Assembly (NCBI GenBank): GCA_963785725.1
Contig: CAWAWS010000017.1
Coordinates: 167,176 to 231,175 of the forward strand
Reading direction: 5' to 3'
From: an uncultured delta proteobacterium
GTDB lineage: Bacteria > Myxococcota_A > Polyangia > Palsa-1104
DNA length: 64,000 nt
Shown: piece by piece, positions 22,163-34,988 of the stretch
Numbering within the stretch: position 1 is the first letter of the stretch
Layout of the letters: every line of letters begins with the position of its first letter
Translations under genes and position numbers: made by a program
Notes under the pieces: model-generated
Database searches by the model: none
Seen by the model: only the letters and a program-made list of their open reading frames with translations
Told to the model about the DNA's origin: nothing

Positions 22163-22907
22163 CCTTCGCCGCAGGCGCCGGCTCGGCCGGCGTGGCTGCG
22201 GGCGGCGCCGACGCCAGCTGCGGAATTAGCAGGATCTCGATGCGCCGATCGTGGGCCCGATCCATGCCGCGCGAGTGGTACTGCGAGTAGCCCGCCGCCG
22301 TCAGCTTGCGCGGATCGACGCCCACTTGGTCGACGAGGAAGTGCACGACGTCGACCGCCCGCGCCGTCGACAGCTCCCAGTTCGACGGGAAGCGCGCCGT
22401 ATGAATGGGCGCGTCATCGGTGTGCCCGCCGACGAGGATCTGCTTGTCCGTCAAGGGTTTCAGCACGTCACCGACGCGTCCGAGCACCTCTTTGCCGTGC
22501 TTCGACAGCTCGGCCTCGCCCGACGAGAACAGGATCTCGTCCGCGAGCCGAACCGTCACGACGCCCGCGCCGGACGACACCTCGCCCTCTTTGGCATCGA
22601 TGCGCTTGCGCAGCTCGTCCATGAGCTTCTGCTGCTCGTCGAGGTGCGCCTTTTGGTCGAGATCGGCCGCCGCCTTCTCGCTCACGTGCGTCGCCAGCTG
22701 CTGCAACGTGGCTGCCGTCGACGCCCGATCGCTGTCCACGTCGTTCAGGAGCGCCTGCGAGCGGAAATAGCTCTGGCGGAACTCGGCCGCCTCGTCGCGG
22801 GCGCGCGCCAATTCCGCCCGGCCGCGGTGATGCGCCTCTTTGCCCGACAAAAGGACGGTCGCGCACAACACCGCCATCAGCAGCGTCAGGAGCCACGGCA
22901 GTCGCAT
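22140..22907 (-). CDS. OmpA/MotB-family peptidoglycan-binding protein with N-terminal anchor and coiled coil
   Basis: ILFSSG, GHTDD, SNWELSTARA, RRIEI. Confidence 0.9.
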   Translation of the reverse strand: MRLPWLLTLLMAVLCATVLLSGKEAHHRGRAELARARDEAAEFRQSYFRSQALLNDVDSDRASTAATLQQLATHVSEKAAADLDQKAHLDEQQKLMDELRKRIDAKEGEVSSGAGVVTVRLADEILFSSGEAELSKHGKEVLGRVGDVLKPLTDKQILVGGHTDDAPIHTARFPSNWELSTARAVDVVHFLVDQVGVDPRKLTAAGYSQYHSRGMDRAHDRRIEILLIPQLASAPPAATPAEPAPAAKATAPAAK

Positions 22908-22929
22908 CCGACGATGGTACAATATCAGG

Positions 22930-23613
22930 ATGGAGGACGCTCGCCTTTGGCCGCTCGTCGCGCTCGGTGCCGCCGCCGGCCTCATCGGCCTCTTGCCGAT
23001 CTTGTGGATCGTCAAGCGCGCCGGTCGCGGCTTGGCGCGCCGGCCGCAACCGCCGGTGTCGGGCGGCCGCTACGTCTTGGCGGTCGTGACGTCGCTGGTG
23101 CTGCTCGCCTGCGCGTTCGCGGCGCTGTCGCTGGTGGCCATGTTGTCGACGTGGAGCGCGTTCACGAAGAAGACGCACGTCGCGGAGATCCAGAGCTTCG
23201 AGCTCGGTCCGCACAAGCTGCGCGTCTATCTCGTGCCCATCGAGCATGACGGCGTGCGCGGCGCGACCGAGATCTACGACCTCGACGGCGATCAATGGCA
23301 GGTCGGCGGCGACGTCTTGCGCTTCCGCCCGTCGCTGACGGCGCTCGGCGTCGACACCGTCTTCCGGCTGACCCGCGTCGAAGGGCGCTGGAACGCCGCC
23401 GCCGACGCCAACAGCCACAAAGGCTCGGCCTTCGACCGCGCGCCGCCGTCGACGATGTGGACGCGGCTCTACCGCGACGCCGACCGCGCGCCCTTGCGCT
23501 GGCTCGTCGCCGGCGCGCACGGTCAGTCAGTCTCGCAACTGCCCGACCGGCGCGCCGTCTTCGACTTGTATGTCACGCCGAACGGCTACGTCCTCGACAA
23601 ACGCAGCCTGTAG
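22930..23613 (+). CDS. Hypothetical membrane protein
   Basis: Two N-terminal TM helices and soluble domain with GDQWQV motif. Confidence 0.75.
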   Translation: MEDARLWPLVALGAAAGLIGLLPILWIVKRAGRGLARRPQPPVSGGRYVLAVVTSLVLLACAFAALSLVAMLSTWSAFTKKTHVAEIQSFELGPHKLRVYLVPIEHDGVRGATEIYDLDGDQWQVGGDVLRFRPSLTALGVDTVFRLTRVEGRWNAAADANSHKGSAFDRAPPSTMWTRLYRDADRAPLRWLVAGAHGQSVSQLPDRRAVFDLYVTPNGYVLDKRSL

Positions 23614-23634
23614 ATCTGCTAGCGCAAAGTGACG

Positions 23635-23898
23635 TCAGGTCTCGGGATCGACGATCACTTCGCCGTCGATGGCGCCGTCTTCCAGCGCCTCTTTCAGCTC
23701 TTCGGTCGCGTTTTCGACCTCGTCGATGGGCACGGCCACGAAAAAGGACCCCATTTGCGACGTCGCCGGTAGTACATGTTGCGTGCGGTCGAGGACGACT
23801 GCCTCGATGCCGGCCGGCTTCAATACTTCGTCGATCGCCGTCTGCGCGCCGAGCGCATCCGCCGTTCGAAAGATCTCCACCATCTCGTCCTCGGTCAT
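23635..23898 (-). CDS. Small acidic protein, DUF2007-like
   Basis: GGAGG RBS; L..AGIEAVV...V....VE.A.E.L pattern. Confidence 0.7.
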   Translation of the reverse strand: MTEDEMVEIFRTADALGAQTAIDEVLKPAGIEAVVLDRTQHVLPATSQMGSFFVAVPIDEVENATEELKEALEDGAIDGEVIVDPET

Positions 23899-23984
23899 TA
23901 AAAATGCCTCCAGTCAGGCTACTTTGAGAGCACCAACCTACAGTTTATGGTAAACCACGAACACAAGTTGTACGCGCGAGGCTG

Positions 23985-26617
<2,633 letters not shown>

Positions 26618-26653
26618 TCAGATGAGGTCCGCCGGCGTGCGAGCCTCGTCGTC

Positions 26654-28429
26654 GTGACGCCTCGGCAGTTCGTGCTCGGCGTGGTCGCGGTGATCGCCGT
26701 GACCATGGCGCTGTATGCGCCGACCATCGGGCACGAATTCCTGATGGACGACCCGACGTATATCGTCGAGAACCCGGCCGTGACCGAGGGCGCGCCGTTT
26801 ACGGCGTACCTCTTCGATCGCAACGCGACCGCGAGCCGCAGCGACTTCCGCTGGCAGTCGTATCGGCCGGTGCGCACGCTGGCGTTCCGCGCGCTCGTCG
26901 TCATCGGCGGCGGGCTGCGCACGGCGCCGTTCAATATCGCCAACCTCGTGTTGTATGCGCTGTCGGTGGCGCTGGTGGCGCTCTTGATGCTGCGGCTGTC
27001 GGGCGACCGCGCCGCGGTGCTGGCGGCGACGGCGCTGTGGGCGCTCATGCCGGTGCACGTCGAGCCGGTGGTGTACGCGTCGGCGCTCGGCGATCACCTG
27101 TCGCTCCTGTTTCAGCTGCTGGCGTTCTTCGCGGCGGCGCGCGCGGTGCCGGCTCCGCGCGGCTGGCTCGGCTATCTGCTGCTGTCGCTCGTCCTGGCGC
27201 TCTTGGCGATGGGCGCCAAAGAGATGGCCGTGACCGAAGGCGGCATCCTGGCGCTGGCGGCGGCGTGCGCCTGGCGCGGCTTGACGCCGCTGCTCCGTCG
27301 CCGCGCCGTCATCCTCGTCGCCGCGCACGGCGTCGTCACGCTCGGCTTCCTCGTCCTGCGCACGCACGTCATCGGCGCCGTCGGACAGGGCGCGATCACG
27401 GCGTTGACGGCGCAAGTGGCGTCGCGCGCGATCCCGCTCTACCTGTGGAAATACGCGCTCGTCATCGTGGCGCCGCTCGGCCACGCGGCGGCCTATGCCG
27501 CGGTGCCGCTCAAGCGCGGGCCGGCGGCGCTGGCGTGGCTCGGCGTGCTCGTCGTCGTCGTCGCCTTGTGGCGTTTGCGCCGTCCGACGCTGACGTTTGC
27601 CTTCGGCTGGTTCGCGCTGTCGCTGTTGCCGGTGCTCCACGTCGTGCCGCTGCTCGCCTATTACGCCGATCGCTTCGCCTACGTGCCGTCGATCGGCCTT
27701 GGGCTCGCCATCGGTCACGGCTTGGCCGCGGCTGGCGCGCACGATCGTCTGCGCCGCGCGGCGCTGGCCTCGGCGGTGGTGTTGGCGTTCGTCTACGCCG
27801 CCGGCGTGCTCGTCGAGCAGCGCGCCTGGCGCAGCGACGCGACCTTGTGGCGCTTCGCCGCCGACGCGCAACCCGACGCCGCGCTGGCGCACTCGAACCT
27901 GGCGATTCAGCTGCTGCACGAAGGCGCGCCCGCCGAAGCGCTCGTGCATCTGGAAGAAGTGCGGCGCATCTCGGGCGCCGGTCCGGCGACGCTGATGCAG
28001 ATGGCCGTCGCCGACGACATGCTGGGCCGCGACGCCGAAGCCGAGCGCGCGCTGCACCTGCTCATGACGCAGTCGACCGAGCTTCCCGACTCGCACGCGC
28101 TCTTGGCCAGCCTGCTCGTCAAGCGCGGCGCGTTGGCCGAAGCCGAGCCCGAGGTGGCGACGGCGCTGCAGATGTCGCCCGAGCTGCCGTCGGCGTGGAT
28201 GGCCAAGGGGCAATTGGCCGAGGCGCGCGGCCAAATGACCGCGGCGCTCGACGCCTATCGCCACGCCGTCGCGCGGTCGCCGAGCGCGCGCTACCACCTG
28301 CGATACGGCGAGGCGGCGCTGCATTTCGGCGATCGCGCGACGGCGGCGACGGAAGCGCGCGCCTGCCTGGCGCGCCAGCCCGAGCGCCCCGACTGCCAAG
28401 CGCTGCTCGCCAAAGCGACCGCGCCGTAA
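26654..28429 (+). CDS. TMTC-like GT-C membrane glycosyltransferase with C-terminal TPRs
   Basis: FLMDD acidic loop after TM1, YRP, PVHVEPV, KE, ADRFAYVPS, W.SD..LW, then TPR helices. Confidence 0.82.
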   Translation: MTPRQFVLGVVAVIAVTMALYAPTIGHEFLMDDPTYIVENPAVTEGAPFTAYLFDRNATASRSDFRWQSYRPVRTLAFRALVVIGGGLRTAPFNIANLVLYALSVALVALLMLRLSGDRAAVLAATALWALMPVHVEPVVYASALGDHLSLLFQLLAFFAAARAVPAPRGWLGYLLLSLVLALLAMGAKEMAVTEGGILALAAACAWRGLTPLLRRRAVILVAAHGVVTLGFLVLRTHVIGAVGQGAITALTAQVASRAIPLYLWKYALVIVAPLGHAAAYAAVPLKRGPAALAWLGVLVVVVALWRLRRPTLTFAFGWFALSLLPVLHVVPLLAYYADRFAYVPSIGLGLAIGHGLAAAGAHDRLRRAALASAVVLAFVYAAGVLVEQRAWRSDATLWRFAADAQPDAALAHSNLAIQLLHEGAPAEALVHLEEVRRISGAGPATLMQMAVADDMLGRDAEAERALHLLMTQSTELPDSHALLASLLVKRGALAEAEPEVATALQMSPELPSAWMAKGQLAEARGQMTAALDAYRHAVARSPSARYHLRYGEAALHFGDRATAATEARACLARQPERPDCQALLAKATAP

Positions 28430-28437
28430 GGCGAACG

Positions 28438-29367
28438 CTACGGCGCCGTAGGCGTTGCGACCGTCGCTGGCGGCGCGACCGTCGCTGGCGTCGCGTCGGC
28501 GTCGGGCGCGGCGACGGTCAGCGGGCTCAGCGCCGCCAGATCCATGCGCGCCGGCGCCGCCGGTCCGATGGCCACGAACAGATCGGGCGGCGCATAGCGC
28601 AGCGTCTTGTGCCACGCGTCGGCGAACGCCTTGCGCTCGCGGCCTTCGCGCTCGAGGTCGAGCCGCGCGTGCAGGCCGATCAGCCGATTGCGAATCTCCT
28701 CGCGCGTGCGCTCGTCTTGCGTCGACACGTAGACGGTCTCGAGGTGCCGCACCGCCGCTTCGTCCTCGCCCTCTTGGCGCATGATCGTCGCCGACAACAA
28801 CGGCACCCACGGCGGCGCGCCGCCGACGAGCGCCGCATGGCGAATCCACTCGCCGCCCAGCTTGCGGTTCTCGAGGCGCTGCTGCTCGTCGGTGGGATGG
28901 AGCTCGAAGAGATAATTGCAGGCGAGCATGAACGGCAGCTCCCAATCGTCGGGAAACTGCCGCACGCCGAGCTCGAGGAAGTGATTGGACAGCTTGACGT
29001 CGGCCTCGGTGATCGCGCGCCCGTTGTACATCGTCGCCACGCCGGCCCAGCGATAAGGCGTCTTCCAGCTGGGATCGAGCTGCGTGATCGTATCCAAGTA
29101 GTTCTCGAGCCAGCGCTGCGCGCCTTTTTGCGACAGCTCGGCGCCGACGTAGATGAGCGCGCGAATGAACACCAGATCGGCCGCCAGCTCGGTGTGGCCG
29201 AGCGAGATGGCGCGCAACGCCGACGCGCGCGGCAGATAGAGCGTGTCCTCGGCGGCGGGAAAGCGGGCGCGGACGGCGTTGGCGTGATTTTGCGTGCCGA
29301 CGACGGCGGCCAACAAAAGCAAAACGCCCACCACGGCGAGGCCATGGCGGGCGTTTGCAGAGCGCAT
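28438..29367 (-). CDS. Pilin-locus accessory protein (PilG/XapA-like, TPR-like)
   Basis: LYLP...SLGH..LAADL..IRA..Y and LDP motifs; directly downstream of pilin. Confidence 0.72.
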   Translation of the reverse strand: MRSANARHGLAVVGVLLLLAAVVGTQNHANAVRARFPAAEDTLYLPRASALRAISLGHTELAADLVFIRALIYVGAELSQKGAQRWLENYLDTITQLDPSWKTPYRWAGVATMYNGRAITEADVKLSNHFLELGVRQFPDDWELPFMLACNYLFELHPTDEQQRLENRKLGGEWIRHAALVGGAPPWVPLLSATIMRQEGEDEAAVRHLETVYVSTQDERTREEIRNRLIGLHARLDLEREGRERKAFADAWHKTLRYAPPDLFVAIGPAAPARMDLAALSPLTVAAPDADATPATVAPPATVATPTAP

Positions 29368-29377
29368 AGCTATATCG

Positions 29378-29914
29378 TTATTCGATTTCGTTCTTCGAGT
29401 ACAGACCCGAGCCGCCCGACACCGAGCGATCGGTCATGACCGAGCCGCCACGCATATAGGTCGCGTAGATGGTGTCGCAGTCGAGGTCGCCGAAGGCCCA
29501 CGCCTGGAAGTTGGCGCCCGTGTCGGTGCCGCCCGACGTGTAGTTGTACGAATAGTAGAACGGATCGTCGACCGAGAAGTTCAGGGCCGACCACGAGTCC
29601 GCCTGGAAGATCGTCGGGTTCGGCGCGCACTTACCACCGGTCTGCGCGCAACACGCGGTGACCGCGGGCGACGGGCCGACGCTGGTCGGGAACTGCTTGG
29701 CCAAGATGGTGCCGGCGCTCGTCGAGTGCTCGGCCTCGAAGTACGCGACCGACGAATCGAACAGCTTACGCACGTTCATGGTCGCTTCGACCGTCTTCGA
29801 ACGGCGGATGTACTTCATGAACGCCGGGATGGCGACGGCCGCCAAGATGCCGATGATCGCCACGACGATCATGAGCTCGATCAGGGTGAATCCGTTCTTC
29901 AGTCGCTTCATCAT
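29378..29914 (-). CDS. pilA: Type IV major pilin
   Basis: [23 protein letters not shown] prepilin site with E5 and P22; GGAGG RBS; 4 Cys. Confidence 0.92.
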   Translation of the reverse strand: MMKRLKNGFTLIELMIVVAIIGILAAVAIPAFMKYIRRSKTVEATMNVRKLFDSSVAYFEAEHSTSAGTILAKQFPTSVGPSPAVTACCAQTGGKCAPNPTIFQADSWSALNFSVDDPFYYSYNYTSGGTDTGANFQAWAFGDLDCDTIYATYMRGGSVMTDRSVSGGSGLYSKNEIE

Positions 29915-29938
29915 GTGTCCCTCCAAAATGGTTGTCGC

Positions 29939-30541
29939 TTACTTGTGCTCGTTCTGCGCCGACACCACCGTGGTGTTGAACGCAGTGACAAACGTGGCGT
30001 TGGTGGTGGTGACCCCGTCGTTGTCGCAAACGGCGATGGCGTACCACCAAGTGGTCGTCTGGTTCGCGGTGCCCAAGAATCCGATGCCGAGCGTGCCGCT
30101 GACGGCGGTGTTGGCCGTGTTGGCGATGGCCGTATAGCCGCACTGCAATGTGTTGCGGCCGGCGTTGATGCCGAGCAGACCCCAACCTGCGGGGATGGTC
30201 GCGCCGGTCTGCGCGTTGGCCGCTTTCGGGCACGGCTCTTTGCCCGAGTAGTTGCCGCTGCCGCCGTAGCAGGTGCCGGAGTCGACGGCCGGGAACAGCG
30301 ACGACTCGCTCTGATTGCCGGTGGCGCCGCTCGAGATGTAGCTCGAGAACTCGGCGCGATAGGCCTCTTCGCGATTGCGGATCTCGCCGAGCATGCCGTA
30401 GGCCTCGGTGGTGCGCGCGGCGTCGAGGTACTTGCGATAAGAGACAGCAGCGACGGTCGCCAGCACGCCGATGATGGCGACCACGATCATCAGCTCGATC
30501 AGCGTGAAGCCGCGCGAGCCGTTTTTGGAGCTTGGGGTCAT
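29939..30541 (-). CDS. Second type IV pilin-like protein (no Pro22)
   Basis: [25 protein letters not shown]; 4 Cys; Thr/Ser-rich. Confidence 0.9.
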   Translation of the reverse strand: MTPSSKNGSRGFTLIELMIVVAIIGVLATVAAVSYRKYLDAARTTEAYGMLGEIRNREEAYRAEFSSYISSGATGNQSESSLFPAVDSGTCYGGSGNYSGKEPCPKAANAQTGATIPAGWGLLGINAGRNTLQCGYTAIANTANTAVSGTLGIGFLGTANQTTTWWYAIAVCDNDGVTTTNATFVTAFNTTVVSAQNEHK

Positions 30542-30557
30542 CGGCGACGGCCTCCAG

Positions 30558-30573
30558 TGCACCTCGCGTGCCG
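30558..30573 (-). promoter_or_regulatory. Putative sigma54 -24/-12 promoter of the pilin operon
   Basis: CGGCACGCGAGGTGCA (GG-N10-GC) between pilR and the pilins. Confidence 0.6.
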
Positions 30574-30594
30574 GTGCTAGCGAGAAATGGCGCG

Positions 30595-30678
30595 CCACGA
30601 TTTTAGTCACTTAGACGATCGAATGTAAAGTTCGTGCGTCACAGGGCCGAAAATTGCCGGCTTCGGTGACGAAAATTG

Positions 30679-30681
<3 letters not shown>
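30595..30681. promoter_or_regulatory. Putative PilR enhancer sites
   Basis: TGAC-gaaaatt-GTCA (30667-30681), ggcc-gaaaatt-gccg (30645-30659), ccac-gatttta-GTCA (30595-30609). Confidence 0.5.
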
Positions 30682-32127
<1,446 letters not shown>

Positions 32128-32158
32128 GGCCCCTCATCTTAGCTCATTTCGCGCCTGA

Positions 32159-32869
32159 TTATGCCCGCTTCTGCGCGGTCACGACCATGAAGCCGCCCAG
32201 GTGGCGCAGGAGCGGCGCCGTCGCCGCGCGCGCTTCCAGCGCCGCGATGGCCGGCCCGAGCAGCGGCACGTCGTGCACCGCCGACGTCGGCGTCAGGATG
32301 CGCACGCCACGCACGTCGATCACGTGCAGCGACGGCGGCAGGAGGCGCTTGACGTCGGTCAGGGTGTCGTAGCGCGTGAAGACTTCGTGGTCGTTGGCCG
32401 AGTCCGAGATCGCGGTCGGGCGCTTGAGCCGCTTGATGAGCCCGCGCAGCGAATACGGGTTGTAGAACTCGGCGATGACGTGGCCGCCCGGCTTGACGAC
32501 GCGCGCCATCTCGCTCAACGCCAGATCGATGCGCTCGACGTGCGCCAGCACCTTGAACGAGTAGGCGAGATCGAACTCACCGTCGGCAAAAGGCAGGCTC
32601 GTGACCGAGCCGTGGACGACCTGCAGGCCGCGGGCGCGCGCTTGGGCGAGCATGCCTTGCGACAGGTCGAGCCCGATGGCGGCGCTGGCGACCGGCTCGA
32701 CGGCGCGCAAGATCATGCCCGTGCCGCAGCCGGCCTCGAGGACGCGCGCGCCGGCGGCGAGCGGCAAGGTCGCCGCCAGCTCCAGCCGATCGATCATGAC
32801 GTGATAGCCGTGATGCCGCTCCTTCTCGTAACCGGCGGCGAATTGGTCGTAGTAGTTGCGGTTGTCCAC
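32159..32869 (-). CDS. Class I SAM-dependent methyltransferase
   Basis: VLEAGCGTG, LPFADGEFD, RVVKPGG. Confidence 0.92.
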   Translation of the reverse strand: MDNRNYYDQFAAGYEKERHHGYHVMIDRLELAATLPLAAGARVLEAGCGTGMILRAVEPVASAAIGLDLSQGMLAQARARGLQVVHGSVTSLPFADGEFDLAYSFKVLAHVERIDLALSEMARVVKPGGHVIAEFYNPYSLRGLIKRLKRPTAISDSANDHEVFTRYDTLTDVKRLLPPSLHVIDVRGVRILTPTSAVHDVPLLGPAIAALEARAATAPLLRHLGGFMVVTAQKRA

Positions 32870-33437
32870 GGCGAGCGTTGTAGCACAGCGCGCGGCGCGG
32901 ACGGCGCGGTCCCGACGCTCGTCGGCCTCGTCGCCGACGGCAGGCTGCTCCTGCTCGGCGCGTTGATGGCGGTCGCTGCCGGCGGCGACGTGGCCGTCGT
33001 CGTCGCGCTGCGCGGCTTGTCGGCGACGACGCTCGTCGAGCTCGGCGCGGCCTGGAGCCGACCCTCATGCGCGCGCAACTCTTGATTGGGTGATCGTCAG
33101 GAAGGCGTCAGCGCGTCGCGAAGTGCCGGATGCGCGCGAGCGGCGGGTGAAGCGGGCTCAGTCGTCGGAATCGGACCGCTTGACGACGCGACGCAGCCGC
33201 AGGCGTGCCATCGCCATCGGCGTCGTCGGGATCGAGTCGGTCTCTTTATTGGGCGCCAGCGGCGTCGGAAGTAGGAGCCGCAGCGTTGGCGCGTCGTCGC
33301 CAAGGTATTGACAGCCGGGATGGCCGTCCTCTTGCGCGGTCGCAGGCAAGAGCCGGTCGGACGCGTCGGATTCGCGCACGCGCTCGACGTCGAGCCGGTG
33401 CGCGCTGGAGCTGGAAGTTGCCATCGACTGCAGCTAC

Positions 33438-33453
33438 TGCCAACGCTGTGCCA
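33438..33453 (-). promoter_or_regulatory. Putative sigma54 promoter facing an unannotated region
   Basis: TGGCACAGCGTTGGCA (GG-N10-GC). Confidence 0.55.
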
Positions 33454-33568
33454 ATAACCGGTGATCCAAATTACGCCTATTTAGTAGTGGTTAACTCTCC
33501 GACATTCGGAGATCGACAGGAGATTCGGTCACCACTTGGCGGAGGCGCGCACCCCAGGTGTAAACGCG

Positions 33569-34972
33569 TCAGAGCGGATAATGCAGCGTGGCACCGAGCA
33601 GCGTCGTCAGCACGAGGACGAGCGGCAAGAGCACGAGGAAGACGAGGAACGTGTAGCCCATGACGTCGCGGGCGCGCAGGCCGAGTAGCGCCAGCGTCGG
33701 CAACATCCAGAACGGCTGCACGAGATTGGCGGTCGCCTCGCCCAAGTCGTAGCAGGCGACGACCCAGCCGAGATGCACGCGCAGCGTGTGCGCGGCGGCG
33801 ATGACGTAAGGCGCTTCGATGACCCACTTGCTGCCGCCCGACGGGACGAAGATGCCGAGCAGCGCCGAATAGGCGCTCATCAGCGCCGGAAAGCTGCGCG
33901 GCGACGAGAGGCGCACGAACAGGGACGCGATGCGATCGTTGAGGCGCGTCGTCGCGATCATGCCGGCGATGGCCGCGTAAAACGGAAACTGCAGGATGAC
34001 GCCCCACGTCGCCGGCACCGCTTGGCGGACGGCGCGCATGAGCCGCGACGGCGTCCAATGCAGCAGCAAACCGAGCAGTAGGAAGGCGAGGTTGATCGTG
34101 TTCACCGTCAGCGTCGTCAGGCCGCCGGCGAGCGTGCGGCCGAGATAGACGGCACCGAGCGCGACGACGGCCAGCGTCAAGACGGGCGAATGCTCGAGCC
34201 GCTCGCCGGGCGTGCGCATGCCGACGGCGACGTCGGTGTCGGCGGCCTCCGCGAGGTCGATCGTCAAGGCGGCGGCGGTGCGCGCGTCGGCTTCGTTGGG
34301 CGAGGCCAGCCACATCACCAGCGTCACGACGACGAGCTCGACGAGCACCGAGACCAGCGACTGCCAGAGGAAGATCGTGTGCGTGAAGTCGATGAGGCCG
34401 TTGGCGACCAAGCCGTCGTGGGCGACGATGGCGCGGACGCGCGGCGGCAGCGCCGACGGCGTCGCCATCTGCAGCGCGGCCGAGCCGGACAGGCCTTGCG
34501 CCCACACGCTGCCGAGGCCGAGCAGCGACGCGGCGGCGAGCGCGCGATAGTCGACGGGCCGCGCGGCGGCGGCGAAGCGGCGGGCGACGGCGCGCGCGAG
34601 CATGGCCGAGAAGACGAGGCTGAAGCCCCAGTTGAGCCACGACGAGGCGAGCGCGAACGCGGCCACGCAGGCGACCGCGCCTTTGGCCGACGACGGAATG
34701 CGGGCCAGCGCGGCGATGACGCGACCGACGGGACGCGCGGTGGCGACGACGTAGCCGGTGACGATGACGAGCGTCATTTGCATGGCGAACGCCAACAAGT
34801 CGGGGAAGCCGTTGCCCCAGGCGCTGACGAGCTCGCCGGCGGGCACGCCGATGGCCAAGCCGGCGACGAAGACGACGAGGGTGGCGGCGAGCGCGAAGAC
34901 GAAGGCGTCGGGCAGCCAGCGCTCGCAGAGACGCGTCAGCCACAACGCCAGGCGCGCGACCGGGCCGCTCAT
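33569..34972 (-). CDS. atoE: Short-chain fatty acid transporter (AtoE family)
   Basis: ERWLPDAFVFA, FAMQM, NWGFSLV, GLSGSA, QFPFYA, PSGG.KW, NLVQPFW. Confidence 0.9.
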   Translation of the reverse strand: MSGPVARLALWLTRLCERWLPDAFVFALAATLVVFVAGLAIGVPAGELVSAWGNGFPDLLAFAMQMTLVIVTGYVVATARPVGRVIAALARIPSSAKGAVACVAAFALASSWLNWGFSLVFSAMLARAVARRFAAAARPVDYRALAAASLLGLGSVWAQGLSGSAALQMATPSALPPRVRAIVAHDGLVANGLIDFTHTIFLWQSLVSVLVELVVVTLVMWLASPNEADARTAAALTIDLAEAADTDVAVGMRTPGERLEHSPVLTLAVVALGAVYLGRTLAGGLTTLTVNTINLAFLLLGLLLHWTPSRLMRAVRQAVPATWGVILQFPFYAAIAGMIATTRLNDRIASLFVRLSSPRSFPALMSAYSALLGIFVPSGGSKWVIEAPYVIAAAHTLRVHLGWVVACYDLGEATANLVQPFWMLPTLALLGLRARDVMGYTFLVFLVLLPLVLVLTTLLGATLHYPL

Positions 34973-34988
34973 GCCGTCGCGCCGGCGA

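Noticed and set aside
22140..22907. Flagellar stator motB
   Set aside because: No motA or flagellar genes nearby and no conserved TM Asp motif; generic OmpA-like protein
29378..29914. Electrically conductive pilin (about 21 aromatic residues in 170; F1, F24, Y27, Y50, F51)
   Set aside because: Positions 32 and 57 are not aromatic, there is a 27-residue aromatic-free gap, no cytochromes are nearby, and the criterion itself is disputed
32884..33085. Hydrophobic coding-like stretch upstream of the methyltransferase
   Set aside because: No credible start, RBS or recognisable motif on either strand
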